From Eledone cirrhosa (Eukaryota): a stretch of DNA of 64,000 bases. The stretch lies in assembly GCA_964016885.1 (NCBI GenBank), contig OZ024752.1, positions 37,634,001-37,698,000 of the forward strand, given 5' to 3'. Below are positions 13,737 through 26,877 of the stretch, piece after piece. The notes under the pieces were generated by a model. The model did not search any database. It saw nothing but the letters and a program-made list of their open reading frames with translations, and was not told the origin of the DNA. Both the position numbers and the translations under genes were made by a program. Numbering within the stretch: the stretch's first letter is position 1; every line of letters begins with the position of its first letter.

Positions 13737-14560
13737 GGGGACGTAACTATATGCCACAAAACATCATGTTGTCCGACGCTCTACCGATACTTCCATTCTA
13801 CCGCCCTACTTCATGATAACTAACGGTTTCTGATTCAGGCACAAGACCAGAAACTTGGAGGGGGGAGGGGTTAGTTGATGAAATCAACTCCAGTACATTA
13901 CTGGTACTTTATTTTATCGACCCCGTATGGATGAAAGGCAAAGCTAACCTCGGTGGGATTTGAACTCAGAACGTAAAGGGCCGTAACTATAAGCCGCAAA
14001 ACATGTTGTCCAATGCTCTACCAATTCTACCATTCTACCAACCTACTTCAAGATAAATAATAATTGGTGTTTAAGTGTTGTTACATTTATTACACGTATT
14101 ATATTCTGTTGTTCAAGTTTGTTAAGAGAATAAATTACTTAGACCCCATTCACACGGGAGAAAAAAAGATACAGTCGTTAGTTAATGCTAATATATTTAC
14201 TATATAGAGTATTAAAAGCTTAATTATAAACTTGACTATTTCCCCCCATGCAGAAGACGTCTGTGAGTAATATATTTTCCAAATAATTTTATTTCTTCTA
14301 CGTCACTTAATGTGAACTCTTGTTGTAAATCTAAGTTTAGTTCTGCTGTTTGTAGCAATGATTACAATTAATAATTGTTTCTACGTTTGGCAGGCACAAG
14401 GCCAGTAATTATTCCAGTACATTACTGGTACTTTAATTTATCGACCCCGTAAGGATGAAAGGCAAAGTTAACCTTGGCGAGATTTGAACGTAAAGAGCCG
14501 TAAATTAATAATAATAATAATTATAATTATATATATATATAATTATTATTATATATATAT

Positions 14561-14786
14561 AAGGCAAAGTTAGCCTCGGCGGGATTTGAACTCAGAATGG
14601 CAAGGGCCGTAACTCTATGCGTCAAAGCATGGCGTCCGACTCTCTACCGATATATATATATAATTATTATTATATATATTATTATATATATATATATCGG
14701 TAGAGAGTCGGACGCCATGCTTTGACGCATAGAGTTACGGCCCTTGCCATTCTGAGTTCAAATCCCGCCGAGGTTAACTTTGCCTT
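14561..14786. repeat. Head-to-head inverted SINE pair forming a ~90-bp near-perfect hairpin with an AT-only spacer
   Basis: 14561-14650 is the reverse complement of ~14697-14786 with about one mismatch. Confidence 0.85.
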
Positions 14787-16277
14787 TCATCCTTACCGGG
14801 TCGATAAAATAAAGTACCAGTAATGCACTGGCGTAATTGCTGGCCTTGTGCCAAAAGTAGAAACAATTATTATTATTAATTTACGGCTCTTTATGTTCTG
14901 AGTTCAAATAACGCCGAGGTTAACTTTGCTTTTCATCCTTACGGGGTCGATAAAATAAAGCATGGCGTCCGACCCTTTACTGATACTGCCAATCCACAGG
15001 GTAAAATTACACACACATGTACACCAGGTCTGGACACAGAGGTACAAAACTCCCACTAGCATCGCCTACGTCCCTCCTGCCCTCCCCATCTCTCACATTT
15101 ATTACGCAATTTTTCTATCACTAGTTCAGCAAGTACGGCAAAGTACGGCAAAGTCTAGTTTTTCGATGATAAGCTCGCAATAACAACGAAACATATCCAG
15201 AGTTATTTGCCCTTTTTACTGAAGTAATCAAAATGTTATTAGTCAATGTTCAATGTTTTTGTTGTTATTGTTTTGTTGTTTTTATGCATAATTGTTTCTG
15301 GTTTTATATAACTATTTATAAGTTAGCTTTTTAATGCATTAAATTAGTTAACACCAATTTAATTATTATGAATGTAAGAGTTCTGCATTATTGGCAGTAT
15401 CGGTAGAGGGTCGGACGCCATGCTTTGAAGCATAGAGTTACCTCCCTGTATGATCTGAGTTCAAATCCCGCCGAGGTTAACTTTGCCTTTCATCCTTCCG
15501 GGGTCGATAAAATAAAGTACCAGTAATGCACTGGTGTAATTGCTGGCCTTGTGCCAAAAGTAGAAACAATTATTATTATTAATTTACAGCTCTTTACGAT
15601 CTGAGTTCAAATAACGCCGAGGTTAACTTTGCTTTTCATCCTTACGGGGTCGATAAAATAAAGCATGGCGTCCGACCCTTTACTGATACTGCCAATCCAC
15701 AGGGTAAAATTACACACACATGTACACCAGGTCTGGACACAGAGGTACAAAACTCCCACTAGCATCGCCTACGTCCCTCCTGCCCTCCCCATCTCTCACA
15801 TTTATTACGCAATTTTTCTATCACTAGTTCAGCAAGTACGGCAAAGTACGGCAAAGTCTAGTTTTTCGATGATAAGCTCGCAATAACAACGAAACATATC
15901 CAGAGTTATTTGCCCTTTTTACTGAAGTAATCAAAATGTTATTAGTCAATGTTCAATGTTTTTGTTGTTATTGTTTTGTTGTTTTTATGCATAATTGTTT
16001 CTGGTTTTATATAACTATTTATAAGTTAGCTTTTTAATGCATTAAATTAGTTAACACCAATTTAATTATTATGAATGTAAGAGTTCTGCATTATTGGCAG
16101 TATCGGTAGAGGGTCGGACGCCATGCTTTGAAGCATAGAGTTACCTCCCTGTATGATCTGAGTTCAAATCCCGCCGAGGTTAACTTTGCCTTTCATCCTT
16201 CCGGGGTCGATAAAATAAAGTACCAGTAATGCACTGGCGTAATTGCTGGCCTTGTGCCAAAAGTAGAAACAATTATT
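14753..16277. repeat. 703-bp tandem segmental duplication bounded by SINE copies
   Basis: Identical ORFs at 14962 and 15665 (offset 703). SINE copies at ~14697, ~15393 and ~16095 mark the unit boundaries. Confidence 0.9.
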
Positions 16278-17200
16278 TACTAGTATAATGAGCTGCAACT
16301 GAAGTGCTGTGTTATTTACAAAGTCGTTTGTAATGTAAAACCATTTCCTTCTCTGGTCACCTAGTAGAGAATTTTAATTAAATGTTAATTTATGCTAATG
16401 GGATAAATGTTGTAAAGCTATTTCATTTTACTACAAGCCGAATGATAATTGTGGCAGTGGAGACTTCCGGTGTTCTTTGCCCCCAGGACCACATCCCTAC
16501 TTACAGCTATCGGAGCGTGTTGTGATGGGTTACATCTCGCCAGTTGGTATGGCTATTCCAAACGCGTCTCCCTCGCCATCCTCTAGGGCAGTCATGGGCA
16601 ACCTGCATCCCGAGAAGCTTTCTCAATGGCTCACCTAAGTCACCTAAGTGAAATTTTTCTGATTTTTTTTACCCCAACTTTTCAGTCATAATTTATCTTT
16701 CTATCATTTTTACGATCGAGGAAAACAACGTGTACGAATTCTGAAGAAACAAATCAAAACAACGTGAGTTACCACCCCTTTTTTTTTTTTTAACGTGGGC
16801 ATGAATGTAAATTAGCGCTTGAGACCCGCCTGATGATAAGCCATATCTCATGTGACCCACTTCTCGAGAAAGGTTGTCCGTACCTGCTCTAGAGCAACGT
16901 TGTCTACATTCTGTCAGCTTGGACAATATGGCGTCCTGGGTCCTTATCATTGGAACAGCGACATTTGAACTCAAGTGCGAGCCCTGTGAGCTGGAGTAGC
17001 TGTTCCAGCAAGACTTCCTCGCCATTCTGCGGTGCAATGTCTTTCCAATCCTGTTCACCAGAACCACGAGGTGGACTGACTCTTTAGTTTTATTTATGGT
17101 GGTAGCATGTGGAATAAATTTACTTCCGTTGTGGTATGTTTTGTTGAAATACTATGGAGTTAAGAGGGATGTTGTAAGTACCACTTTTATTGTCTAAACT

Positions 17201-17947
17201 TACGAGTGTCAGCTGAAATGTTCATAGGCTGACCAAGATACTCTCATGGCATGACCAAATGAGATTTAGTTTTCAACATAGTCCCTGGAAAGAAACAAGG
17301 CAGTTATTAAGAAGAAGAGTTGAAATTAATGTATGCAATATTTCACAGCTCTAGCATCACTCCTTCATAGGCTGACCAAGATACTCTCATGAATTGACCA
17401 AATGAGGTTTATTTTTCAGCATAGTGCTTGGAAAGAAACAATGCATGCAAAATTTCACAGCTCTAGCATTAAGCCTTTATAGGCTGACCAAGATACTCTC
17501 ATGGAATGACCAAATGAGGTTTATTTTTCAACATAGTCCCTGGAAAGAAACAATGCAGTTATTAAGAAGAAGAGTTGAATCAATGCATGCCATATTTCAC
17601 AGCTCTAGCATCACTCTTTTATAGGCTGACCAAGATACTCTCATGGAATGACCAAATGAAGTTTATTTTTCAACATAGACCCTGGAAAGAAACAATGCAG
17701 TTATTAAGAAGAAGAGTTGAATTAATGCATGCAATATTTCACAGCTCTAACATCACTCCTTCATAGGCTGACCAAGATACTCTCATGGAATGACCAAATG
17801 AGATTTACTTTTCAACCATAGACCCTGGAAAGAAACAATGCAGTTATGAATAAGAAGAGGTGAAATTAAATTAATGAATGCAAGATTTCACGGCTCTAGC
17901 ATTACTCCTTCAAAGTCAGCCTATGAACTCTTCAGCCCACTCCTATA
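17201..17947 (+). mobile_element. Mariner-type MITE with ~5 internal tandem subrepeats
   Basis: TIR TACGAGTGTCAGCTGAAATGTTCATAGGCTGAC ... GTCAGCCTATGAACTCTTCAGCCCACTCCTATA. The internal unit CCAAGATACTCTCATGGAATGACCAAATGAG... is repeated. Confidence 0.8.
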
Positions 17948-18926
17948 TTCTCTTCCGTCTAAACTTAGATAAACATTCACTCTGCTACAAATATAGTTCT
18001 ACTTTCTATCAAAAATGTTTCAACATTTTTCTTAAATTAGAAAAAAATGTTTGTATATTTTCGTTTCAGACTCGTTTTGTTTTGTGAAGGCAGACCTTAC
18101 TTTCCACTAGTTCACACACCATATACAACATAAAGTATTGTCAAATGTCCTTGATCTTTATGACTTAAGGTTTTTGTTTTTTTGGGGTTTTTTTGTTTTC
18201 TTGGGAGGGAGTGTTTTTGTTTTTTTTTATAAAGACTTGTAATAGCAAAGCAGTCAGATGACATATTTATTAGTGAAAGAAACTGACCGATTCACTACAA
18301 GAAAAATAATCTTAAAACAATAGCTGCCTTGAAGAGGATATGAATAGGAATAAAAACCATCTGTTTGGCGACGTCAACTGTTATTTACAACGATTTCACC
18401 TCGAAATAAGAGGTGAATATTACATAATATTCCTATTATTTTCCCAGTACATTAATGGGTTGTTTGTCTTTTGTTTTGTAATTGTTGCTGTTGTTTTGCT
18501 TTTATTTTTGCTATTTTTTGTTATTTTTGTTGTTTTTGTATTGTTTTTTTTTTTTTTTGTTTTTTTGTTTTTTTTTTTTTTACCATTTCCACTTCGTCAA
18601 CAATTCTACTGATACGAAAATGTAATTTGATAGCAGAGGTAATATCAAATTATAAACAACGAAACTTTAAATCCGATACTGAATCATCAAATAGTAATCA
18701 ATTATTTGATTATGTGAAAACCAGGAATCTGAGGAATGTGGTGAAAGTCTGTGTTAGCCATAACAGTAATGGTAAATCCAGGAGACTCTAATGGCATCAA
18801 TAACTTCGGTTGCTGCGAGGAGTGGAACATATAGACGTTTCTGACTATAGTCCTCTACTATGTAAGTTTTCCTAAAGCAGAAATGCCAGAAGTTTTTAAC
18901 GAACCATTTCAGTAAAAAAATCTTAT

Positions 18927-19768
18927 TAATGACTGCATTCTTTCTTTCCAGGGACTATATTGAAAAATAAACCTCATTTGGTCATTCCATGAGAGTATCT
19001 TGGTCAGCTTATGAACATTTCAATCGACCGTATAATAACTACATTGTTTCTTTCCAGGGACTATGTTGAAATATAAACTTCATTTGGTCATTCCATGAGA
19101 GTATCTTGGTCAGCTTATGAACTTTTCAGCTGACCCTCATATAATAACTGCATTGTTTCTTTCCATGGACTATATTGAAAAATAAACCCCATTTGGTCAT
19201 TCCATGAGAGTATCTTGGTCAGCTTATGAACTTTTCAGCCGACCCTTGTATAATAACTGCATAGTTTCTTTCCAGGGACTATGTTGAAAAATGAACCTCA
19301 TTTGGTCATTCCATGAGAGTATCTTGGTCAGCCTATGAACTTTTCAGCCGACCCTTGTATAATAACTGAATTGTTTCTTTCCAGCAACTATGTTGAAAAA
19401 TGAACCTCATTTGGTCATTCCATGAGAGTATCTTGGTCAGCCTATGAACTTTTCAGCCGACCCTTGTATAATAACTGCATAGTTTCTTTCCAGGGACTAT
19501 GTTTAAAAATAAACCTCGTTTGGTCATTCCATGAGAGTATCTTGGTCAGCCTATGAACTTTTCAGCCGACCCTTGTATAATAACTGCATAGTTTCTTTCC
19601 AGGGACTATGTTGAAAAATAAACCTCATTTGGTCATTCCATGAGAGTATCTTGGTCAGCCTATGAACTTTTCAGCCGACCCTTGTATAATAACTGCATAG
19701 TTTCTTTCCAGCAACTATGTTGAAAAATGAACCTCATTTGGTCATTCCATGAGAGTATCTTGGTCAGA
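18927..19768 (-). repeat. 109-bp satellite-like array (~8 copies) made of the left end (TIR included) of the mariner-type MITE
   Basis: GACCCTTGTA at 19241, 19350, 19459, 19568 and 19677. The unit is the reverse complement of ~58080-58185. Confidence 0.9.
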
Positions 19769-20098
19769 CTGTGATGGTGTGGTCACAAATGGATGCTTTT
19801 GACTGTAGCTCTGATCGATTGGGTCTGACCTGGACGTAAACTACAACAACAACAACAACTACCACCACCACCACTACTGCTACTACTACTACTACATTTC
19901 ATTATTGGGAGAAACTTGTGGGGAATATTTTTTTAACCATAAAATATGTAGCAACGTTTCCATATTGATTTCATATATAGACACAACAAACCACTCTCTC
20001 TCTCACACACACACACATATATATATATATATAATATATGATATATATATGTGATACATATATATATATATATACACATACACACACACACATGTATA

Positions 20099-20175
20099 CA
20101 GGGTGTCCCCAAAAATTGTATACACACTTTGATTAGAATGCTGTTGAAGTGAGTATACATTTTTAGGACACCCTG
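20099..20175. mobile_element. 77-bp Tc1/mariner mini-MITE
   Basis: TA|CAGGGTGTCCCCAAAAATTGTATAC ... GTATACATTTTTAGGACACCCTG|TA. Confidence 0.8.
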
Positions 20176-20640
20176 TATATACACATATATATACACACTA
20201 TATATATATATATATATATATACATGTGTATATATATATGTATATGTGTATTTATATATATATATGTGTGATAATGTGTGTGTGTGTGTGTGTGTATGTG
20301 TGTGTGTGATTATATAACAGTTGAAAACAAACAGATCGATCAATCTATAGAAATACAAAATACCATGTTAATTAAACCAAACTCTCCGATAGATTCTTTT
20401 ATTCTTTTATTGATATTTCTTTTTATTTATCTTGACATTTATCTTTGACACAAGGCCAGCAATTTTAGGGGAAGCTTTTAACTGGTACTTCATTTTTATC
20501 ATCGACCGTGGTCGGTAAAATAAAGTACCAGTAATGTACTGGGTAATTGCTGGCCTTGTGCCAAAAGTAGAAACAATTATTTACAATGAGATTTTACTTA
20601 CTTAAACTGGTGACTGTTGTAATGAGTCACAACATTTACT

Positions 20641-21460
20641 TACGAGGGTAGACTGACTATGAATGAGTGATGCTAGAGCTGTGAAATCTTGAATGCATTA
20701 ACCCTTAAGCTTTTACATTACTCTATACATACTATTGTATTTTCGTGGTAAAGCCTTCGCATGATATCGAATCTGAGATTCTGATGCTGTTTATTTTGAG
20801 AACAATACTTTAACATCAGTATGAGTGACCAGTTACAGCAGCTTTGAACAGTCGGTGAGACAATTCTGGCAAGATACAACCAGTTTAAATGGTAAAGGGT
20901 TAATTTTTTCAACCCTTTTTAACAATAACTGTATTGTTTCTTTCCAGAGAGTATGGTTTGAAAATAAATCTCATTTAGTCATTCCATGAGAGTATCTTAG
21001 TCAGCCTATGAAGAAGTGATGTAAGAGCTGTGAAATCTTGCATGTATTAATTTCACCTCTTCTTATTCATAACTGCATTGTTTCTTTCCAGGGTCTATGT
21101 TGAAAAATAAACTTCATTTGGTCATTCCATGAGAGTATCTTGGTCAGCCTATAAAAGAGTGATGCTAGAGCTGTGAAATCTTGCATGTATTAATTTCACC
21201 TCTTCTTATTCATAACTGCATTGTTTCTTTCCAGGGTCTATGTTGAAAAATAAACTTCATTTGGTCATTCCATGAGAGTATCTTGGCCAGCCTATAAAAG
21301 AGTGATGCTAGAGTTGTGAAATCTTGCATGTATTAATTTCACCTCTTCTTATTCATAACTGCATTGTTTCTTTCCAGGGTCTATGTTGAAAAATAAACCC
21401 AATTTAGTCATTCCATGAGAGTATCTTGGTCAGCCTCTGAACATTTCAGTCGACCCTCAT
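20641..21460 (-). mobile_element. Mariner-type MITE (4 internal units) interrupted by a nested piggyBac-type MITE
   Basis: Same internal unit as 58080-58433 on the - strand; ends CAGCCTCTGAACATTTCAGTCGACCCTCATA. Confidence 0.75.
20702..20899. mobile_element. piggyBac-like MITE with TTAA target-site duplication
   Basis: TTAA(20698-20701)|CCCTTAAGC ... GGTAAAGGG|TTAA(20900-20903). Related copy at ~61311-61507 and a fragment at ~59570-59649. Confidence 0.75.
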
Positions 21461-21907
21461 AATTCAATTATTTACAAAGAGACCTTACGAGACTTGACGA
21501 ATGTTATAATGAGTCAGAACCTTAACTTACTCTATTTAACTATTCAGAGGATGGTTTGTACCTCTCTACTTGTTTACCATTAGAAAAATGTGTATATCAT
21601 ATCAAGATTTGTTGTTTAGTTTTTGTTTTTAGTGAAGGTTATACAATCAATTCCTTTGTCTCTAAGTTTTGAACCGTTCTAAGTGAGGTTAACTGTTTGT
21701 ATTAAACAACTTATTACACTGCAAATGCTTTGAACTGGTCCTTTTTTTCTTCTTCCCACCCAGTTCTCATTCTGGATTTCTATGTTGTTTATTGTTTTAC
21801 GTTTGTATATTGTTATATTTTTCTGCCTCACTTTTAACTGAGTGTTTTAATGTCTGTTTACATGTTTGCCGCAATCTTCGTCCATCTCCTCCCCCCCTCC
21901 CCACCTC

Positions 21908-21945
<38 letters not shown>

Positions 21946-21946
21946 A

Positions 21947-22027
<81 letters not shown>

Positions 22028-22621
22028 TCTCACTTCACTGTCTATATTTTACTTTAGGCCAACATCGTCTACGCCTAGCAACATTTTCCAATGACTTAAA
22101 TTTTGATACATTGTAAATTTTGATACATTTTTATACATTGTAAAATTATTACTTTTTTCTGTTATGTGTCGGCGGGGGGGGGGGGGGGGGGGGGGATTAA
22201 TGGCGGGGTCTTTTCACTTTTTATTGAAAAACGAGCCATGTTTCTCTCTAAGCTATGATAATTCTCTTGTGTAAGAAGAAACGCGAAATCATTGAAGGTT
22301 AACTTTACATGAAGGTTGATTGCTACTTTAAACTGTTGCTGTTGCTGCTACAGGAAATGCAGGAAATGTGTAAGATGAATGAAGAACATTCTTTTTATCA
22401 TTTCGTTTGGACATAGCAGCGTATGTTGAGAACTTACGGAAGACAAGTATTACGAAATTTTTGGGGGGTTTTTGGGGTTTTTTTCAAAATCGTGTAGATT
22501 TTTGTCCATTAATTTCCTGGCCACATTGAAAATTGTGTGTGTGTGTGTGATAGCTCACACCTATGCAAGTTTAGCTGGCCTCCTCCAAGATATATCTCGT
22601 TGGAGGTGTCTTGGGTGATTT

Positions 22622-22770
22622 AATGATAGGGACCCCAGTCCTATCATGTCATTTCTACAGCTGAGTAAACTGGAGCAACGTGAAATAAAGTGTCTTGCTC
22701 AAGGAAACAACACATCACCCGGTCCGAGAATCGAACTCACAACCTTTCGATTGCAAGCCCAATGCCATGC
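22622..22770 (-). mobile_element. Partial CORE-like tRNA SINE (family of 50968-51288)
   Basis: Matches the 53100-53240 segment (ATGATAGGGACCCCAGTCCTATCAT...TCTTGCTCAAGGAAACAAC...GAATCGAACTC). Confidence 0.8.
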
Positions 22771-24314
22771 CGCCTTTACTGCAGACTTGTTTATGAACTG
22801 GTCAGCAGAAAAGGAACTTCCTGTGAGGCAGGTAACAAGACCTGAACTTTAAGGGTAAATCTCTCTTTCTTACATTTATAAATGTTTATCATACAATAAG
22901 CAACAAAAGTTTGTTGCTATTTTACTTATAACTTAACTACAGCAACAATATCAGCAATGGGAGGGCAACAAATTGTATCAAACTAATTACTTCTGGTTTT
23001 GGCATAAAGGCAACAATTTTGGTTGAGGGAGAAGTCTATTAAATCGACCCCAATGCGTTACTGGTACTTTATTTTATCGACCCTGAAAGAATGAAAGGTA
23101 AAGCTAACCTCGGCGGGATTTGAACCTGGTGATATGTCATATGTAGTCCCCTCCTCCCAAGCTCCAAAGTCAATACAAAAGGAAAACATTTGAAAGTAAT
23201 AAATCAATTAAAAACTAAATGTGAAAATTCCTCGAGTGGATCTTATTTTTAAACGTTTTGCGTAGGAGATATTAACGGATGTGACCTCTTCACATTGAAG
23301 TAGAGAGAATTATTTCCCGGACATATAAAGAAAGCTTCCGATAGAAGATGTTAACTTCATTGACAATAATAACTTACAGGATATCATACCAACTCTGTGG
23401 GTTGACTTAGTTATAATAATGTTTATGACATCTATGACTATGGCAATGAGAGAGAGAAGAGGAGTAGCTTCAGTAAACTAAGTACTTTTAATGACATATT
23501 TGTGGTTGTCTATGACATAAAACAGATTAAAATTTTTTGCAAGTTTGTCAATTGAAAAAGAAAGATGGTGAACTGACAAAGTTGTCAGCACATCTGATAG
23601 AACGCTTCTCGGTATTCGTTCCGATTCTCTGCGTTTTCTGAATATAAATCCTGTTGAGGTCAACTTTAGTTTTCATCCTTTCGAAGTCGATAAAGAAAAG
23701 TACCCGTCCAGTATGGGGGGGGGGGGGTCGACCACCCCCACCCCCTATCTCTCAAATATACACTTGCAATGTTTTATCCAATCAGTGACATTGCTATAAT
23801 CACTTCTTGTATTCAACTTCAAGGTGTGGGGGGGGGGGAGATTTCCAGGAAGCAGTTAAATTATCTATGATCCTGGTTACGGTGTCTGGAACTTTAGCAA
23901 GTCGAAACGACTCCAGCATCCATGAGAACAGAATCGAATGCTTTTTTGTAATCCATCTTTTGTGTTTGTTTTTATGTTGTTTTTGTGTTTGTTTTTTTGT
24001 TTTTTTTTTTTGGAATCGATCGACAAGATCCCATATCTAATTCGCTTACCGAGTGGGGTGGAATTCGTCGAATCGAACCTAGGAAACAATGTTTTCATCG
24101 GTCTTTCCATTGCTGATATTATCTACTGGTCGCAGCTACTGGCAGACAGAACATCGCGAAATAAAGTGTCTTGTTCAAGGACATAACACACCACCCGGTC
24201 CGGGAATCGAATTCACCACCTCAAACAATGGTTCCATTGTTATTTCCCTTTTGATACTATCTACTGGTCGCAACTCGTGGTAGAAAGAGCAACACGAAAT
24301 AAAATATATTGCTC

Positions 24315-24515
24315 AAGGTCCGGCAAGAGATCCAGGGATAGACTCCGAGCAAGATGGTTGGGTAACATCCATGAGTTTGGCTGGTCACGCTTGGCGATCC
24401 AGCCGGATCAGTTGGAGACGGTTGCTTCTGATAGGACCCGCTGGAAAGGAGTGTTTGAGGACTCTGGCCCAACAACCCTCTCAAGAAGAAGAAGAAGAAG
24501 AAGAAGAAGAAGACG
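24315..24515 (+). mobile_element. 3' fragment of an RTE-clade (Expander/Rex3-like) LINE with (AGA)n tail
   Basis: Translates KRSRDRLRARWLGNIHEFGWSRLAIQPDQLETVASDRTRWK, similar to the GRPRTRW...W.RLGI.P..L..VA.DR..W C-terminus. Degenerate second copy at ~34560-34700 (-). Confidence 0.6.
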
Positions 24516-25310
24516 ATTGCGAATCCAGCCATCTCTAGCCAGTAAGACACGCGCCTTCACCACCTAGACTGCAATAAAATCTTTCCAATGACGTCACCAT
24601 TCTGAAATCAATGATTTTGTTTATTAGACATTTCTGAAAACAAGCACGTGGAACCCCCGTGGGACCCCATTTGCTCATAATAGTGAGAGATGGGGGAGGC
24701 CGAGAGAGATGGAAGCGATGACAATGTGAGCTCAGCTCCTCTGTGTTCGGACCTGGTGTCCAACAAATTGTAAAAAGCTTTACAAAACGCGTAATTAAAA
24801 ACCACATTATTCATCACTACATGAAGTTATATGAAAATTTATAAACTAGTGGTGTTTACATATAGACACTATACTTTTATAGACTCAACTCTTCCTAACT
24901 ACTTGTCTCTATCACAGTGATCTTAGAGGGGTATGTTCCAACAGGTTGTATACATTTTAAATATTAAATTCTGGCTTGCAGATTGGTTGTTAATTCTTCA
25001 CCATGTCAGTAACTTTTTTTTTTTTTTTTGGTGCTGTACTTGTTTCTGTCAATGTCAGCCAAAAAAGCTTAGTACGTATATTTATATTCCCATTGAGAGC
25101 TTGCTGGTAAAGGTTATTAAGATAACCCCAACAGAAGATCAGGTTTTTTGTAACAGTAACTCACAACCAAGCTCTTCTCGGTGATTTCCACTCCCGTGAG
25201 AGCTGATATCACGGTTGTTGGTCCATGCATGTATGTATGTATGTATGTATGTATGTATGTATGTATGTATGTATGTATGTATGTATGTATGTATGTATGT
25301 ATGTATGTAT

Positions 25311-25572
25311 GCTTTGTGCAATGCCTTTGCTCACTATAAAAGCTTCACAGCACAGGCATTGCTTTATATCTGGAGATCTCTCTGCACTTGTCGTCACATG
25401 GTACCATGGGCCAGCAGTATGTGTCAATAATTGTCACAAGTATAGTGTTTGTACCAGAGTTTTCAAGTCGCTGGCTGGACTAAAAAGTCACACTCGTTTA
25501 GCGCATCGGTAGGGGTTCTCCTACATGGATATAAAGTAGTGGCCGTACTCGAAAACGAGTTGGCAGCCACCA
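25311..25572 (+). mobile_element. 5'-truncated retroelement end with C2H2 finger and (ATGT)n tail, copy 1
   Basis: Near-identical to 25968-26273 and 26572-26877; encodes ..HKYSVCTRVFKSLAGLKSHTRLAHR*. Confidence 0.65.
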
Positions 25573-25967
25573 TATGTGTATGTATATGTGTATATATGTA
25601 TATATATGTGTATGTATATGTGTATATATGTATATATATGTGTATGTATATGTGTATGTATATGTATGTGTATGTATATGTGTATGTATGTATATATATG
25701 TGTATGTATATGTGTATATATGTTTATATATGTGTATGTATATGTGTATATATGTATATATATGTGTATGTTTATGTGTATATATGTATATATATGTGTA
25801 TGTTTATGTGTATATATGTATATATATGTGTAAAGGGCAAAGGAGTCAATGGCCATCCAAAATCACTGGGAGAGATGAACCCTTAGCCTTTGTTAAGGCA
25901 GAATTCTAGGAGAAGGAAAACTCTGATATAACACCTGCAACCCTGATGGTATCCAATGATGTTGACT

Positions 25968-26273
25968 TGTTCTTTTTAGTAAATATCATCTCGGTTAAGA
26001 GAGTGGGACTGGCTTTGTGCAGTGCCTTTGCTCACTATAAAAGCTTCACGACACAGGCATTGCTTTATAGCTGGAGATCTCTCTGCACTTGTCGTCACAT
26101 GGTACCATGTGCCCAGCACTGTGTGTCAATAATTGTCACAAGTGTAGTATTTGTACCAGAGTTTTCAAGTCGCTAGCTGGACTAAAAAGTCACACTCGTT
26201 CAGCGCATCGGTAGGGGTTCTCCTACATGGATATACAGTAGTGGCCGTACTCGAAAACGAGTTGGCAGCCACC
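25968..26273 (+). mobile_element. Retroelement end with C2H2 finger and (ATGT)n tail, copy 2
   Basis: About 305 bp; CSICTRVFKSLASWT.. region aligns with copies 1 and 3; followed by (ATGT)n. Confidence 0.65.
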
Positions 26274-26571
26274 ATGTATGTATGTATGTATCTATGTATG
26301 TATGTATGTTATCTTTTTCTCTTAATTTCGAGTATATTTTTTTTTGACCGGCCACCTTCCTGGTGACAAGGTTGTAAAAGAAAAGAAATTGTCATCCCTT
26401 GAATCGCAAGAATGTTTTGCAAATTTTGAAGGTGCCAGCTATCGCAGCCATTTGTAGACTATGAATTAGGGAGCTGCGCTTTTTGTCCGCAAATCCAAGT
26501 TCAGTCATACTTTGGTCCAAGTATGTATGTATGTATGTATGTATGTATGTATGTATGTATGTATGTATGTA

Positions 26572-26877
26572 TGTTCTTTTTGGTAAATATCATCTTGGTT
26601 AAGAGAGTGGGACTGGCTTTGTGCAGTGCCTTTGCTCACTATAAAAGCTTCACGGCACAGGCATTGCTTTATATCTGGAGATCTCTCTGCACTTGTCGTC
26701 ACGTGGTACCATGGGCCCAGCACTATGTGTCAATAATTGTCACAAGTGTAGTGTTTGTACCAGAGTTTTCAAGTCGCTGGCTGGACTAAAAAGTCACACT
26801 TGTTCAGCGCATCGGTAGGGGTTCTCCTACATGGATATAAAGTAGTGGCCGTACTCGAAAACGAGTTGGCAGCCACC
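26572..26877 (+). mobile_element. Retroelement end with C2H2 finger and (ATGT)n tail, copy 3
   Basis: Encodes CSVCTRVFKSLAGLKSHTCSAHR* (C-x2-C-x3-F-x5-L-x2-H-x4-H), like the C-terminal finger of RTE LINE ORFs. (TATG)n on both sides. Confidence 0.65.

Noticed and set aside
16693-17067. 124-aa minus-strand ORF in GC-richer unique sequence
   Set aside because: No recognisable motif and a non-ATG start; cannot be supported without a search.
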